Shown: positions 29,460-39,759 of the stretch, in pieces
How positions within the stretch are numbered: the first letter of the stretch is position 1
Layout: every line of letters begins with the position of its first letter
Assembly: GCA_965213925.1 (NCBI GenBank)
Contig: OZ243927.1
Location: 3,104,001-3,168,000 of the forward strand
Reading direction: 5' to 3'
From: Trueperaceae bacterium
GTDB lineage: Bacteria; Deinococcota; Deinococci; Deinococcales; Trueperaceae
DNA length: 64,000 bases
Position numbers and translations under genes: made by a program
Notes under the pieces: model-generated
Told to the model about the DNA's origin: nothing
Databases searched by the model: none
The model's input: only the letters and a program-made list of their open reading frames with translations

Positions 29460-30959
29460 ATGAGTCAGGCAAGTGTAAAGACGGACGAGGCGAAAACGCG
29501 GCTCTGGCGGAGCGTGAGCACGCGGAACCTCCCGCTGCTCGCCCTCGTGCTCATTCTCGGGTGGGCTTACGCGGCGACGCTGCTACCCGGCGTCGGCTTT
29601 TCCGGCGACACCGCTAAGTTCCAGTTCTTAGGCAAGATTTTAGGCATCCCGCACCCGACGGGCTACCCGCTCTACTTGGTGCTGAATAACCTCTTCGTCA
29701 ACGTGTTCCCGTTCGGCAGCGTTGCCTACAGAGCCAACCTGCTCTCGGCGGTGTTCGCTGTCGGCGGTTGCGTCGTCCTCTTCAAGCTTCTGGGGCACTT
29801 GGGACTCAAACCTCTACTCGCCCTTTTTACCGCGCTCTCCCTCGGACTGAGCCGAATTTTATGGTCACAGGCCGTCGTCGCGGAGGTCTACACGCTCCAC
29901 CTTTTACTGATGACGAGCGTACTTTACGCGCTTATTCGCTGGCATCATGGGGAGGAGCGAGCGTTCTACGTCGCTACTGGGCTTTACGCGCTCTCCTTCG
30001 GCAACCACCTCACCTCGATCACTTTGCTCCCTGCGTTCGTCTACATGACGCTCGCCACTAACCCCAGAGTCTTCATCCAGCCGCGCAAAATTCTTTGGGT
30101 TGTAACTGTAGTAGTGATCGGCGCACTCCAGTACAGCTACCTCTTCTGGCGCTACTTCAACCCTGAGGTTTACTACGCCGAAGTCTTCGACGGGACCAAT
30201 CTAATGACCTACGTGACTGGCGGCGACTTCAAGAACGTTATGTTCACGTACACTTGGCGGCAACTCCTCACCGAGCGGCTGCCTTTCGTGCTGACGCTGC
30301 TCAGCCGCAGCCTGCCGCTCTGGGGGCTCGCCGCGCTCGGAGCAGTTATAGGCTTAAAGCGTCACAAGCACATTACTTTGGGCGTGCTCATCTACCTCTT
30401 GTCGCACACGTTTTACGCGATGAACTACAACATCCCCGACATCGCGGTCTACTTCATCCCGAGTACGCTAATACTCGCGCTGTTGGCGGGTACCGCGCTG
30501 CTCGCGTGGCAAACGCCAGGGGCGGATCGGAGCGTCGCGGCTGCGCCCCTCTTCCTTATTCCTTTAGTTTTCCTCTTGCTGAATTACCGGGCTGTCGATA
30601 TGAGTCAGCAAACGGCTGACCAACGAGGCGTCGAGGCGGTTCTTGGGGCGGTGCAAGAACGCGCGGTGATTCTCACGCCCAACTACAATACGTACGAGTA
30701 CTTCCTCTACTATTTGCTAGCTGAAGGGTGGGAGGAGCAAGATGTGTACGTCGCGTTTTTTAGCGGCAACATCGACACGACGAAAGCGTACTTGCGTGAG
30801 GGTACGCCTTACGATTTGGCGAACACGAAAAATCCGCCGCCGGGCTTGCAGGTTTACTGCTATCTGTGCGGTGACGCGGCGCGGCTGCAGAGCTTGGGCT
30901 TCTCTTTGGAGACGATGGCGGGGGGGCTTTATAGGCTAGGGCTACCCTCACTCCGGTAG
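29460..30959 (+). CDS. DUF2723 (TMEM260-like) GT-C glycosyltransferase, paralog 2
   Basis: Same motifs; tandem paralog of the previous gene. Confidence 0.85.
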   Translation: MSQASVKTDEAKTRLWRSVSTRNLPLLALVLILGWAYAATLLPGVGFSGDTAKFQFLGKILGIPHPTGYPLYLVLNNLFVNVFPFGSVAYRANLLSAVFAVGGCVVLFKLLGHLGLKPLLALFTALSLGLSRILWSQAVVAEVYTLHLLLMTSVLYALIRWHHGEERAFYVATGLYALSFGNHLTSITLLPAFVYMTLATNPRVFIQPRKILWVVTVVVIGALQYSYLFWRYFNPEVYYAEVFDGTNLMTYVTGGDFKNVMFTYTWRQLLTERLPFVLTLLSRSLPLWGLAALGAVIGLKRHKHITLGVLIYLLSHTFYAMNYNIPDIAVYFIPSTLILALLAGTALLAWQTPGADRSVAAAPLFLIPLVFLLLNYRAVDMSQQTADQRGVEAVLGAVQERAVILTPNYNTYEYFLYYLLAEGWEEQDVYVAFFSGNIDTTKAYLREGTPYDLANTKNPPPGLQVYCYLCGDAARLQSLGFSLETMAGGLYRLGLPSLR

Positions 30960-30988
30960 TTGAATAAACCCTCCAACTGAGCCGATCT

Positions 30989-32212
30989 TTAGTCACCCGG
31001 CGCGGCAAGAGGTTTCTGATTCGTCCTCGGCAGTTTCCGCGCCGCTAAAAGCGCTGTCAAAAGGAATAAGAGACCCGTCGCCACGAACGTCCCCCGGTAG
31101 CCGCTCCAAAACACTACCGCCGCGCCCAAGAGGGGTGACGCCGCCCGCGCCGCCGCCACAATCGCGTTATCGAGCCCGTACACGGAGCCTTCCTCGCCAG
31201 GCTCCGTGTACTGCGCTAAAAGTGCGCCCAAAGCAGGCATCACCCCGCCGATCGCTGCACCTGTGAAAGCGTAAAGCACGAGCAGTTGCCACGCGGACGT
31301 AACCAAGCTCATCGGCAGATAGAAAAGCGCCGCCGTTACCGCGCTCGCTACTAGGATAGGCTTGTGACCGATGCGGTCTCCCAGCTTGCCGAGATAAATC
31401 GCGCTTGCGGTTCCCGTTGCCGAGGCGATACCGATGGCAAGCCCCGTGTAGATACTGGCTTGGTCTTGGTCCGCCAAGAGCGACGCTACGAAAAGCGCTA
31501 AAAAGGGGATAATCATCGTGCGCCCGAGCCACACACTAAAGCGCACCAAGAAGGTCAAGTTGACCCCCGGTGCATCTGTAACGTGCTTCCAGTCCGCTAG
31601 GAGTGTGAGGCGTCGCCCCTTCAGGATCGGCACAAAGTCCTCTTTCACGCCGAAGAGCACGAGGAACCCACCTAAAAGGAGCAGCAGCGCCGTCACAAGA
31701 AACGCCGCTCTCGGACCATACGCGAACGCCAACACCCCGCCGATAACCGGACCGATGGACAACCCGCACCACAAGCCGACTTGCAACACGCCCATCGCGT
31801 AACCGATGCGCTCACGCGGCGCGACCGACGCGATGAGCGCGTTTGCCGCCGAGACGACGCCCGTCACTAATCCCTGAATTGCCCGTAGGAGGACGAGCTG
31901 CTCCGCGCTGCCGACGAACGCCATCGCCCCCACGATAATCGCGCCCCCGAAGAGCGCCCGCTCCACCATCAGCTTGCGCCCGACGCGGTCGGAAATCGCG
32001 CCCCAGATAGGCGAGGCGATCATCATCGTGAGGGCTTGCGCGCTAAAGACCAAGCCGACCCACAGCTCCAGACTTCCTACGCCGCTCGCTACACCGAGTT
32101 CCTCAATGTAGGTGGGCAAAAAGGGAAAGAACATCGAAAACCCAACCGCGGAGAGCAGTTGGGCGACGAACATGATAAAGAGGGTGCGCTGCCAAGTCAC
32201 ATGCTCGAGCAT
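30989..32212 (-). CDS. MFS transporter (MdtG/DHA1-like)
   Basis: [11 protein letters not shown] motif A, LLRAIQG, 12 TM helices. Confidence 0.9.
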   Translation of the reverse strand: MLEHVTWQRTLFIMFVAQLLSAVGFSMFFPFLPTYIEELGVASGVGSLELWVGLVFSAQALTMMIASPIWGAISDRVGRKLMVERALFGGAIIVGAMAFVGSAEQLVLLRAIQGLVTGVVSAANALIASVAPRERIGYAMGVLQVGLWCGLSIGPVIGGVLAFAYGPRAAFLVTALLLLLGGFLVLFGVKEDFVPILKGRRLTLLADWKHVTDAPGVNLTFLVRFSVWLGRTMIIPFLALFVASLLADQDQASIYTGLAIGIASATGTASAIYLGKLGDRIGHKPILVASAVTAALFYLPMSLVTSAWQLLVLYAFTGAAIGGVMPALGALLAQYTEPGEEGSVYGLDNAIVAAARAASPLLGAAVVFWSGYRGTFVATGLLFLLTALLAARKLPRTNQKPLAAPGD

Positions 32213-32366
32213 ACACCCGTTAATCTCACATAATGTTGCTCTGACGGACTCAAAGAGGTGAAAGAGAAAAGTTAAAAGGACTGAGTATTTCTCTTTCACC
32301 TCAGTCCTTTTCTCTCAACTACGCTTTCTCTTCAAATCGGTTAGAATTACGGCGCGAACTCCCGCG

Positions 32367-33398
32367 TTATTGCTGCGCCTCCGCTCTTGCGCTCTCCAAC
32401 CACCCGTCGATCTCTTCTTGGTGGTTGCTGATCCACTCGTCCACCATCGCCGCGACCTCTTCGGCGCTGTCTTCGCCCTCATTGATGCGGGCGGTCATCT
32501 CGGAAACGTCCTCGAGTGGCATTTTAACTTGGCTAAAGAGCGAGGCCGCCGCTGGGTTCTCGTCTAAAAAGGTTTGGTTCGCCGCCACGCGGATGTCGTT
32601 CGCAGGGAAACCCATCTTTAAGGGGTCGGAAACCGCGCCTTCGACGCTGCTCACCGTCATCGAATCGACCAGGTCCTCTTGCTCGGGCGTCGGGGCGATT
32701 TCGGGGACGTTGATCCAGACCACATCTTCGCCCGGCACAAGGTCAAACACTGTGAAGTTCGGCGTCCAGGTGTAGTAGAGCACGGGTTGACCGTTGTTAT
32801 AGCGGGCTAAAACATCCGCAAACATCGCGTTGTAGCTCGAGTCGAGCACGTTGATGTCGTCTTGCAGGCCGTACTGCTCTAACTGATAGTCGATCGCTTC
32901 GGCGATCGCCCAGCCCGACTCCGCGCCGACTAAGTCCGCTTGACCGTCGCCGTTCGAGTCGAAAGCTTGCTTGACCTCGTCGCGGGAGAAGTCTGCTAAA
33001 GAGGTGATGTTGTACTCCTCCGCTGAGGCTCTATCGACCAAATAGCCCTGAAGCGCACCGCGCTCCACGACGGTTCCTGCGAACGCCGCCCGCTCCTCGA
33101 AGTTAGCAGGGAGCTGGTTCGACTGGTTGGGCATCCAGGAGTGCGCCCAGTAGTCCACGTCGCCGTTGACGAGAGACTGATAGAAGATCGGGTTCGCGAG
33201 CGTGCTCGGGTCCTCGACCTCGTAGCCTAAGTCTTCTAAGAGCGTGATAAACAGTTGAGCAATCGGGCGGGCGGATTCCCAGTTGGCGATGGCGGGGGTG
33301 ACGGTGGTGCCTTCACCGGGCATGGATGTGTCCTGCGCTTGGGCGTAGATACCCGTAAAGAGAACACAAGACAGCAAAATCGTAAGTAGTTTTTTCAT
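32367..33398 (-). CDS. proX: Glycine betaine/proline ABC transporter substrate-binding protein
   Basis: W.P, GALQGYLVD, FD.NGDG.ADL.G, YYTWTP. Confidence 0.92.
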   Translation of the reverse strand: MKKLLTILLSCVLFTGIYAQAQDTSMPGEGTTVTPAIANWESARPIAQLFITLLEDLGYEVEDPSTLANPIFYQSLVNGDVDYWAHSWMPNQSNQLPANFEERAAFAGTVVERGALQGYLVDRASAEEYNITSLADFSRDEVKQAFDSNGDGQADLVGAESGWAIAEAIDYQLEQYGLQDDINVLDSSYNAMFADVLARYNNGQPVLYYTWTPNFTVFDLVPGEDVVWINVPEIAPTPEQEDLVDSMTVSSVEGAVSDPLKMGFPANDIRVAANQTFLDENPAAASLFSQVKMPLEDVSEMTARINEGEDSAEEVAAMVDEWISNHQEEIDGWLESARAEAQQ

Positions 33399-33503
33399 AA
33401 AAGACCTCCTTTGGTCATGGATACAACTTTAGGTACAGCTCGAGGATAACGAGGCTGACCTCTTTCAAACGTTCCCTTGCACACGAACTAACCTTAATTA
33501 AGG

Positions 33504-34370
33504 TCAGTTGACCTTCTGGCGCGTCGGCTCCCCGAGGGCTTGTGTGATGCGGTCTAAGACCATTGCTAGCAGCACGATACCGATGCCGCCGATGCCTGCC
33601 AAACCGACCCGGAGTGCGTTGAGACCCTCAAACACAGGCTGCCCTAAGCCGCCCGCGCCGATAAACGCCGCAATCACGACCATCGAGAGCGAGAGCATGA
33701 TGGTTTGGTTCAAACCCGCCATGATGGTCGGCATGGCGAGAGGGACTTGCACCTTCCAGAGAATCTGACTCGGCGTCGAGCCGAACGCCTCCGCCGCTTC
33801 GATGGCGTCCTCTTGCACCTGGCGGATGCCCAAATTCGTAAGGCGAATCATCGGCGGCATGGCGAAGATGACTGTAGCGATAATGCCCGGCACCGTGCCG
33901 ATGGAGAAGAGCATCACCACGGGGATGAGGTAGACGAACGAGGGCGTGGTCTGCGCGACGTCCAACACGGGTCGTAAGAGCGCGGCGAAGCGTTCGCTCC
34001 GAGAAGCTAAAATCCCTAGCGGCACGCCGATAATCACGCAGAAAAGGACGGAGCTGACCACCATCGCTAGCGTCGTCATCGCTTCGGACCAGAGCCCTAA
34101 AAAGCCGATGAAGACGAGCGCGACGGTGCTAAAGAGCGCTAAGCGCCACGTCGCGACGTACCAGGCGAGCGCGGCGAAAAGCACAATCGTGACGAGCGGC
34201 GAGAGCCACTGGAGCGCCCCGTTGATGCCGTCTAACATCAAGTCTACGGGCGTGCGCAGCGCCAAGAAGAAGTTCCGGTAGCCCTGAAGCCAGTTGACGA
34301 AGGCGTCGATCCAATCCTCTAAAGGGATCGTGTAGGCGAAAATCTGGTCGGTGAAGAGCGTCTCCAACAT
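33504..34370 (-). CDS. proW: Glycine betaine/proline ABC transporter permease
   Basis: QTTPSFVYLIP, EAAEAFG, MAGLNQTIM. Confidence 0.95.
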   Translation of the reverse strand: MLETLFTDQIFAYTIPLEDWIDAFVNWLQGYRNFFLALRTPVDLMLDGINGALQWLSPLVTIVLFAALAWYVATWRLALFSTVALVFIGFLGLWSEAMTTLAMVVSSVLFCVIIGVPLGILASRSERFAALLRPVLDVAQTTPSFVYLIPVVMLFSIGTVPGIIATVIFAMPPMIRLTNLGIRQVQEDAIEAAEAFGSTPSQILWKVQVPLAMPTIMAGLNQTIMLSLSMVVIAAFIGAGGLGQPVFEGLNALRVGLAGIGGIGIVLLAMVLDRITQALGEPTRQKVN

Positions 34371-35647
34371 CAGCGCACGACCTCTTGTTCGGATTGTTTC
34401 GACGCGGTTTGTTTGGGTTCAGGGTGGACCTCGTCGGGGTCTTGATGACCTCTTTTATCTAAAATCCCCTGAATCAATTCGCGCTCGCTGACGAGTCCTA
34501 AAACCTCGCCGTTGTCGGCTAAAACGACGGTGGGGAGGCTCGAGTGGTTCCTCCCTTGCAAGATGTGGCGCAAGGTCGCGTCGTGCGGACACACGAGCGC
34601 CAGCTCATGGCTGCGCACGCTCGGTGGCTCCTCATCCAAGACCTCTTCCAAACGCCTCGTCTGAACGGTCTGCCCGTTTATCCTCACGCGCTCCAAGCGG
34701 TTGTCGCGGTCGATTCCGTAAAGCACGTCCGAGACGCCTTCATGAGCGTAGAAGTCCACGTCGCCGTCCTCTTGCTTGCTGAGCTTGTTGCTCGACAAGG
34801 GTACCGCCACTGTCCCCGCCGTAATCACACCCGTCGGGTCGGCGTGCTCCACGAAGTCCGCGACGTACTCCGTCTTCGGATTGACGATGATCTCTTCGGG
34901 CGTGCCGACTTGCACCACGCGCCCACCCTCCATAATGGCGATGCGGTGCCCGAGTTTAAGCGCTTCATCCAGGTCGTGCGTGATGAAAAGGACCGTCCGG
35001 TGCAGCTTCTTCTCGATACTGATGAGTTCTTGCTGCATGTTGACCTTGATAAGCGGGTCTAAAGCGCTGAAGGGCTCGTCCATGAGGAGAACAGGAGCGT
35101 CCGTCGCTAACGCTCTTGCCAGTCCGACCCGCTGCTGCATCCCGCCCGACAGCTCATCCGGGTACGAGTCGCCCCACTGCCCGAGCCCAACCATCTCGAG
35201 CGTCTCTTGCGCCGCTTCTAACCTCTTATCTTTCGGACGTCCCTGTACCTCCAGCCCATACGCCGCATTTTCGCGCACGGTGCGGTGCGGAAAGAGCCCG
35301 AAACGCTGAAAGACCATGCTGACCTGCTGCTTGCGAAACTGCCGCAGACCCTTCTCTCCTAAAGAGGTCACGTCCGTCTCGCCCTCGTCGGTCTCCACAA
35401 AGACTTTGCCCGAGGTCGGCTCGATTAAACGGTTGATACAGCGCAGCAGCGTAGATTTACCGCTACCTGACAAGCCCATAATGACGAAGAACTCGCCTGG
35501 CTCGAGCCTGAAACTTACATCGTTGACGCCCACCGTGTGCCCGGTTTCGGCTCGCACGTCATCTTTGGAGCGTCCCTCTTCAAGCATCGAGATGACGCTC
35601 TTAGGGTTCTCCCCGAAGACCTTGTAAAGATTCTCAACTCTTATCAA
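34370..35647 (-). CDS. proV: Glycine betaine/proline ABC transporter ATP-binding protein
   Basis: GLSGSGKS, LSGGMQQRVGLARA, MDEPFSALDP. Confidence 0.95.
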   Translation of the reverse strand: MIRVENLYKVFGENPKSVISMLEEGRSKDDVRAETGHTVGVNDVSFRLEPGEFFVIMGLSGSGKSTLLRCINRLIEPTSGKVFVETDEGETDVTSLGEKGLRQFRKQQVSMVFQRFGLFPHRTVRENAAYGLEVQGRPKDKRLEAAQETLEMVGLGQWGDSYPDELSGGMQQRVGLARALATDAPVLLMDEPFSALDPLIKVNMQQELISIEKKLHRTVLFITHDLDEALKLGHRIAIMEGGRVVQVGTPEEIIVNPKTEYVADFVEHADPTGVITAGTVAVPLSSNKLSKQEDGDVDFYAHEGVSDVLYGIDRDNRLERVRINGQTVQTRRLEEVLDEEPPSVRSHELALVCPHDATLRHILQGRNHSSLPTVVLADNGEVLGLVSERELIQGILDKRGHQDPDEVHPEPKQTASKQSEQEVVR

Positions 35648-35874
35648 TCGCCTATCCTTTCACATGACTTAGCTACCCTTAGTCACTCTTGTGAAGATAT
35701 AGAGGCATCACGTTTGGTACATCCTTGTAATGCACCACCCGAAACGCAGTGACCACGCTTTAGGCTTGTGAAATAGGATACCACACCTGGCGTGAGAGGC
35801 AAATTTCGCCCGAACTCAATTTATAGGGGCTCAGGTTGCAGGTTGTAGGGGCTTAGTTTTGAAGAGGTTGAGGC

Positions 35875-37050
35875 TTAGTCTTCTTTGTTTGCGGCTTGCT
35901 TCTTGTGAGCGCTCCAAAACGACCACACAATCGGCGCGAGAGAAATAGAGATGGAGAGGAGCGGCCACAACCAGTCCGGTCCCCAAGCTAACCATGCGGG
36001 TAGAGATACAGGAGCGGCAGGTTTCAGCGAATTCATAGGCGTCGGCGGCACGTCCGAGGTGTAGCGGGCGGCTTTGAGGGGCTCGAGCATAATAGGCACG
36101 ACAATCTCAAACCAAGGCGCGCCCCCACCTACGACAGTCTGGCGAATCTCCGCGTTGACATCAAAGGGGTTGACCGCTTCACCCTGCGCGTTGACCACCC
36201 GGTAGAGCGCACCCGTCGTCACGCCAACGGCTCTCTCACCCAACAACCAGAAAAAATCCTCCTCTGTACCTTTGTTGGGTACATGAGCCAAATCAGTGAG
36301 CACGGGCGTCACGTCTGCACCCGCAATCGCTCGAGCTTCGGCAGCGCTCACGGTGAGCGGGTAGTTTAGAGGACGCTTAAAAAAGCGCCGCGCCAGCTCT
36401 TCGCGCTCGGCATCGCGACGCTTAGCCGTCTCAACCCGGAAGTAGCCCACGAATTCGTTCTCGTAAAAGGTGGGCAAGAGGTAGTAGTCGCCGTAGTCTT
36501 TCTCAAAATTCACCGAAAGCATGAGCGTCTTAACCCACATCTCGAAGAGCGCTTCGGCTGAACCGTCTCGGTATCTGTCTCTTATGTTTTGCTCACGCGC
36601 TCTGTACTCCTCGGCTGAAAGGGTGTCACGCTCTTTCTCGAGGCGCTCTAGCTCATACTCAAAGGCGCGTAGAGTTTGCTCGGTCTGCACACGGCTGTTC
36701 GCCTCGACGATAGGGATAACTTGTGCGCGGGCGGCTTCGTCAAGCTGGACCGGCGGACGTACCAAAAGAGGCTCTTTGAAGGTTATCGCCTTTGCACCCC
36801 TTTCGAGTCGCTCTTCCCAAGGATTGCGGTTAAGCAAAAGGCGCAGCGCAGTCATCCAATCTGAGGTGTCGCTTCTGATAACTATGAACGTCGTCTTCTT
36901 CATCGCCTCATCGTTTGAAGCGTAAGCCAAGACCTCTTGTGGCGTGAAGTCATGCGCAGGTGTCTCGAGTTGACTGGCGAAAGCGAACCCGCACGTCACA
37001 GCGAGAACGATTTGGAGATGCTTAGCAAGTGGGTAGAGAGCGCGAGGCAT
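35875..37050 (-). CDS. Hypothetical exported protein with C-terminal membrane anchor
   Basis: 391 aa; signal peptide ending AFA; Pro-rich linker; C-terminal TM helix and basic tail. Confidence 0.65.
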   Translation of the reverse strand: MPRALYPLAKHLQIVLAVTCGFAFASQLETPAHDFTPQEVLAYASNDEAMKKTTFIVIRSDTSDWMTALRLLLNRNPWEERLERGAKAITFKEPLLVRPPVQLDEAARAQVIPIVEANSRVQTEQTLRAFEYELERLEKERDTLSAEEYRAREQNIRDRYRDGSAEALFEMWVKTLMLSVNFEKDYGDYYLLPTFYENEFVGYFRVETAKRRDAEREELARRFFKRPLNYPLTVSAAEARAIAGADVTPVLTDLAHVPNKGTEEDFFWLLGERAVGVTTGALYRVVNAQGEAVNPFDVNAEIRQTVVGGGAPWFEIVVPIMLEPLKAARYTSDVPPTPMNSLKPAAPVSLPAWLAWGPDWLWPLLSISISLAPIVWSFWSAHKKQAANKED

Positions 37051-37434
37051 ATAGAATCAAGGTAGTACGGTCTATCCGGTCAAGAGGTGAAGAAATGCGC
37101 CCTCAAACTGAGGATGAACCTTTCTTTAGCAGGTATCATCTGGTCAGAGACACTCTCACTTTGCAAAACAATGTCTAGCACGCACTTTGAGGGATGATAC
37201 CTGCGCTCAACTGTCTCAGTATATTTTGGAACTGCTACTTTAAGAGGTCAAAATTTACCCCCGCTGGGAAAGCGAGGGTGGGAGAGAGGAGTGAGCAGCA
37301 CCAGTAAGAGGTTGTGATGCGCTATGCTCGGCGCTGCTCGAAACTCACTATAGGCTCCGACCTCTTACAAGATTCTGACGGGCCTAGGTCTTCGTAACTC
37401 GAGGCTGACGACGCCACTTTCACGAAGCCGTTCT

Positions 37435-38064
37435 TCACGCCTCATAACACCCCTCCAGCCACGCCTCCGCCGTTCGCTGCGCCTCACGTGAATAGAGCTG
37501 CTCGGTATCTAATGACACGGGTTGGATGCTGTACCTGTCGGCCAGCCCCTTGAGCGTAAAGCCGCGCCGCGCCCCAACCGGGTGGGCGCGGTTGCCGTAA
37601 ATCGCTACGACACGCACCTCTAAATGCTGCTCCGTCACCTCGGTGAGCCACGTGTCGTGTCCGGCAGACGAGGTGAGCAGCTCCAGCATCGTCTCAAACG
37701 TCCCGAGCTGAAAAAACTCACCCGGTTGCAGCGGTCCTTGCCGCAAGATGTCCTCGATCTCTTTAGGCGTGCTCTCTTGCAGCGAAGTTCGGTTGTAGTC
37801 CGTAATCATCACCGTGTGCTCGCGCTCGTCGATCTGGGCGGCGACGCTCACGCATTGGATGTGGATCGGCTCGCTGCTCAGGTTGATGAGCAAGCAGCGG
37901 GCGTCTTTGCGGCTCCCCTGCGTCTGATGGATAATCAGCCGGGGACGCCGCTGCCGCTTATAATCCTGGTAGATAATTTGCAGATAGATTGCCCATACTA
38001 AGAGCGTCGCTAGTGAGGCGAACGCCGAAATGACGCTGCTATTTTGTTGAAACCAGTCCCACAC
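37435..38064 (-). CDS. Hypothetical protein with N-terminal TM anchor
   Basis: 209 aa; TM helix followed by RQRRPR; G-rich RBS. Confidence 0.7.
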   Translation of the reverse strand: MWDWFQQNSSVISAFASLATLLVWAIYLQIIYQDYKRQRRPRLIIHQTQGSRKDARCLLINLSSEPIHIQCVSVAAQIDEREHTVMITDYNRTSLQESTPKEIEDILRQGPLQPGEFFQLGTFETMLELLTSSAGHDTWLTEVTEQHLEVRVVAIYGNRAHPVGARRGFTLKGLADRYSIQPVSLDTEQLYSREAQRTAEAWLEGCYEA

Positions 38065-38125
38065 CGCTGCCCCCCTTCATGATGGTGTGACGTTACGCGC
38101 AGGAGCAAACGGGTCGCAACGGAAA

Positions 38126-39367
<1,242 letters not shown>

Positions 39368-39470
39368 TTATGTGTCTCGAGTTTGAAGCCTATTTCGGGC
39401 TGCACTGCTTAATGTCTCACTCTAACAAAGTGTCACCCGCATAAACTCAGGTCAACCCAACCCTTTCTCC

Positions 39471-39659
39471 GAGGTTGTGCTAAAAGTCGGTTGCGCGGAA
39501 ATGGGATAAGTTGATCGCACCGTCACGTCATCTTGAATGAATGCGAAGAATCTCTGACTGCCTCTACAGCCAGAGATTCTTCACTCCGCTAGCGCTTCGT
39601 TCAGAAGGATTCAGAAGGATAGCGCCGCGCTAAGCTCAACCGACTTTCCGGGGCACCTC
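39471..39659. mobile_element. MITE-like relic with nested GAAGAATCTCTG palindrome
   Basis: AAAGTCGGTTG (39483-39493) / CAACCGACTTT (39637-39647); inner GAAGAATCTCTG / CAGAGATTCTTC; shares AAGAATCTCTGAC with the 24.3-kb element. Confidence 0.55.
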
Positions 39660-39759
39660 TGTTTTTCCTGACTGCTGAACGGCTGACTCGCTGAGCACTC
39701 CTCTTCACCATCCACCCCTCTTCACAAGTCCCCCTCTCGAAATGGGATAGCATCAAGCT

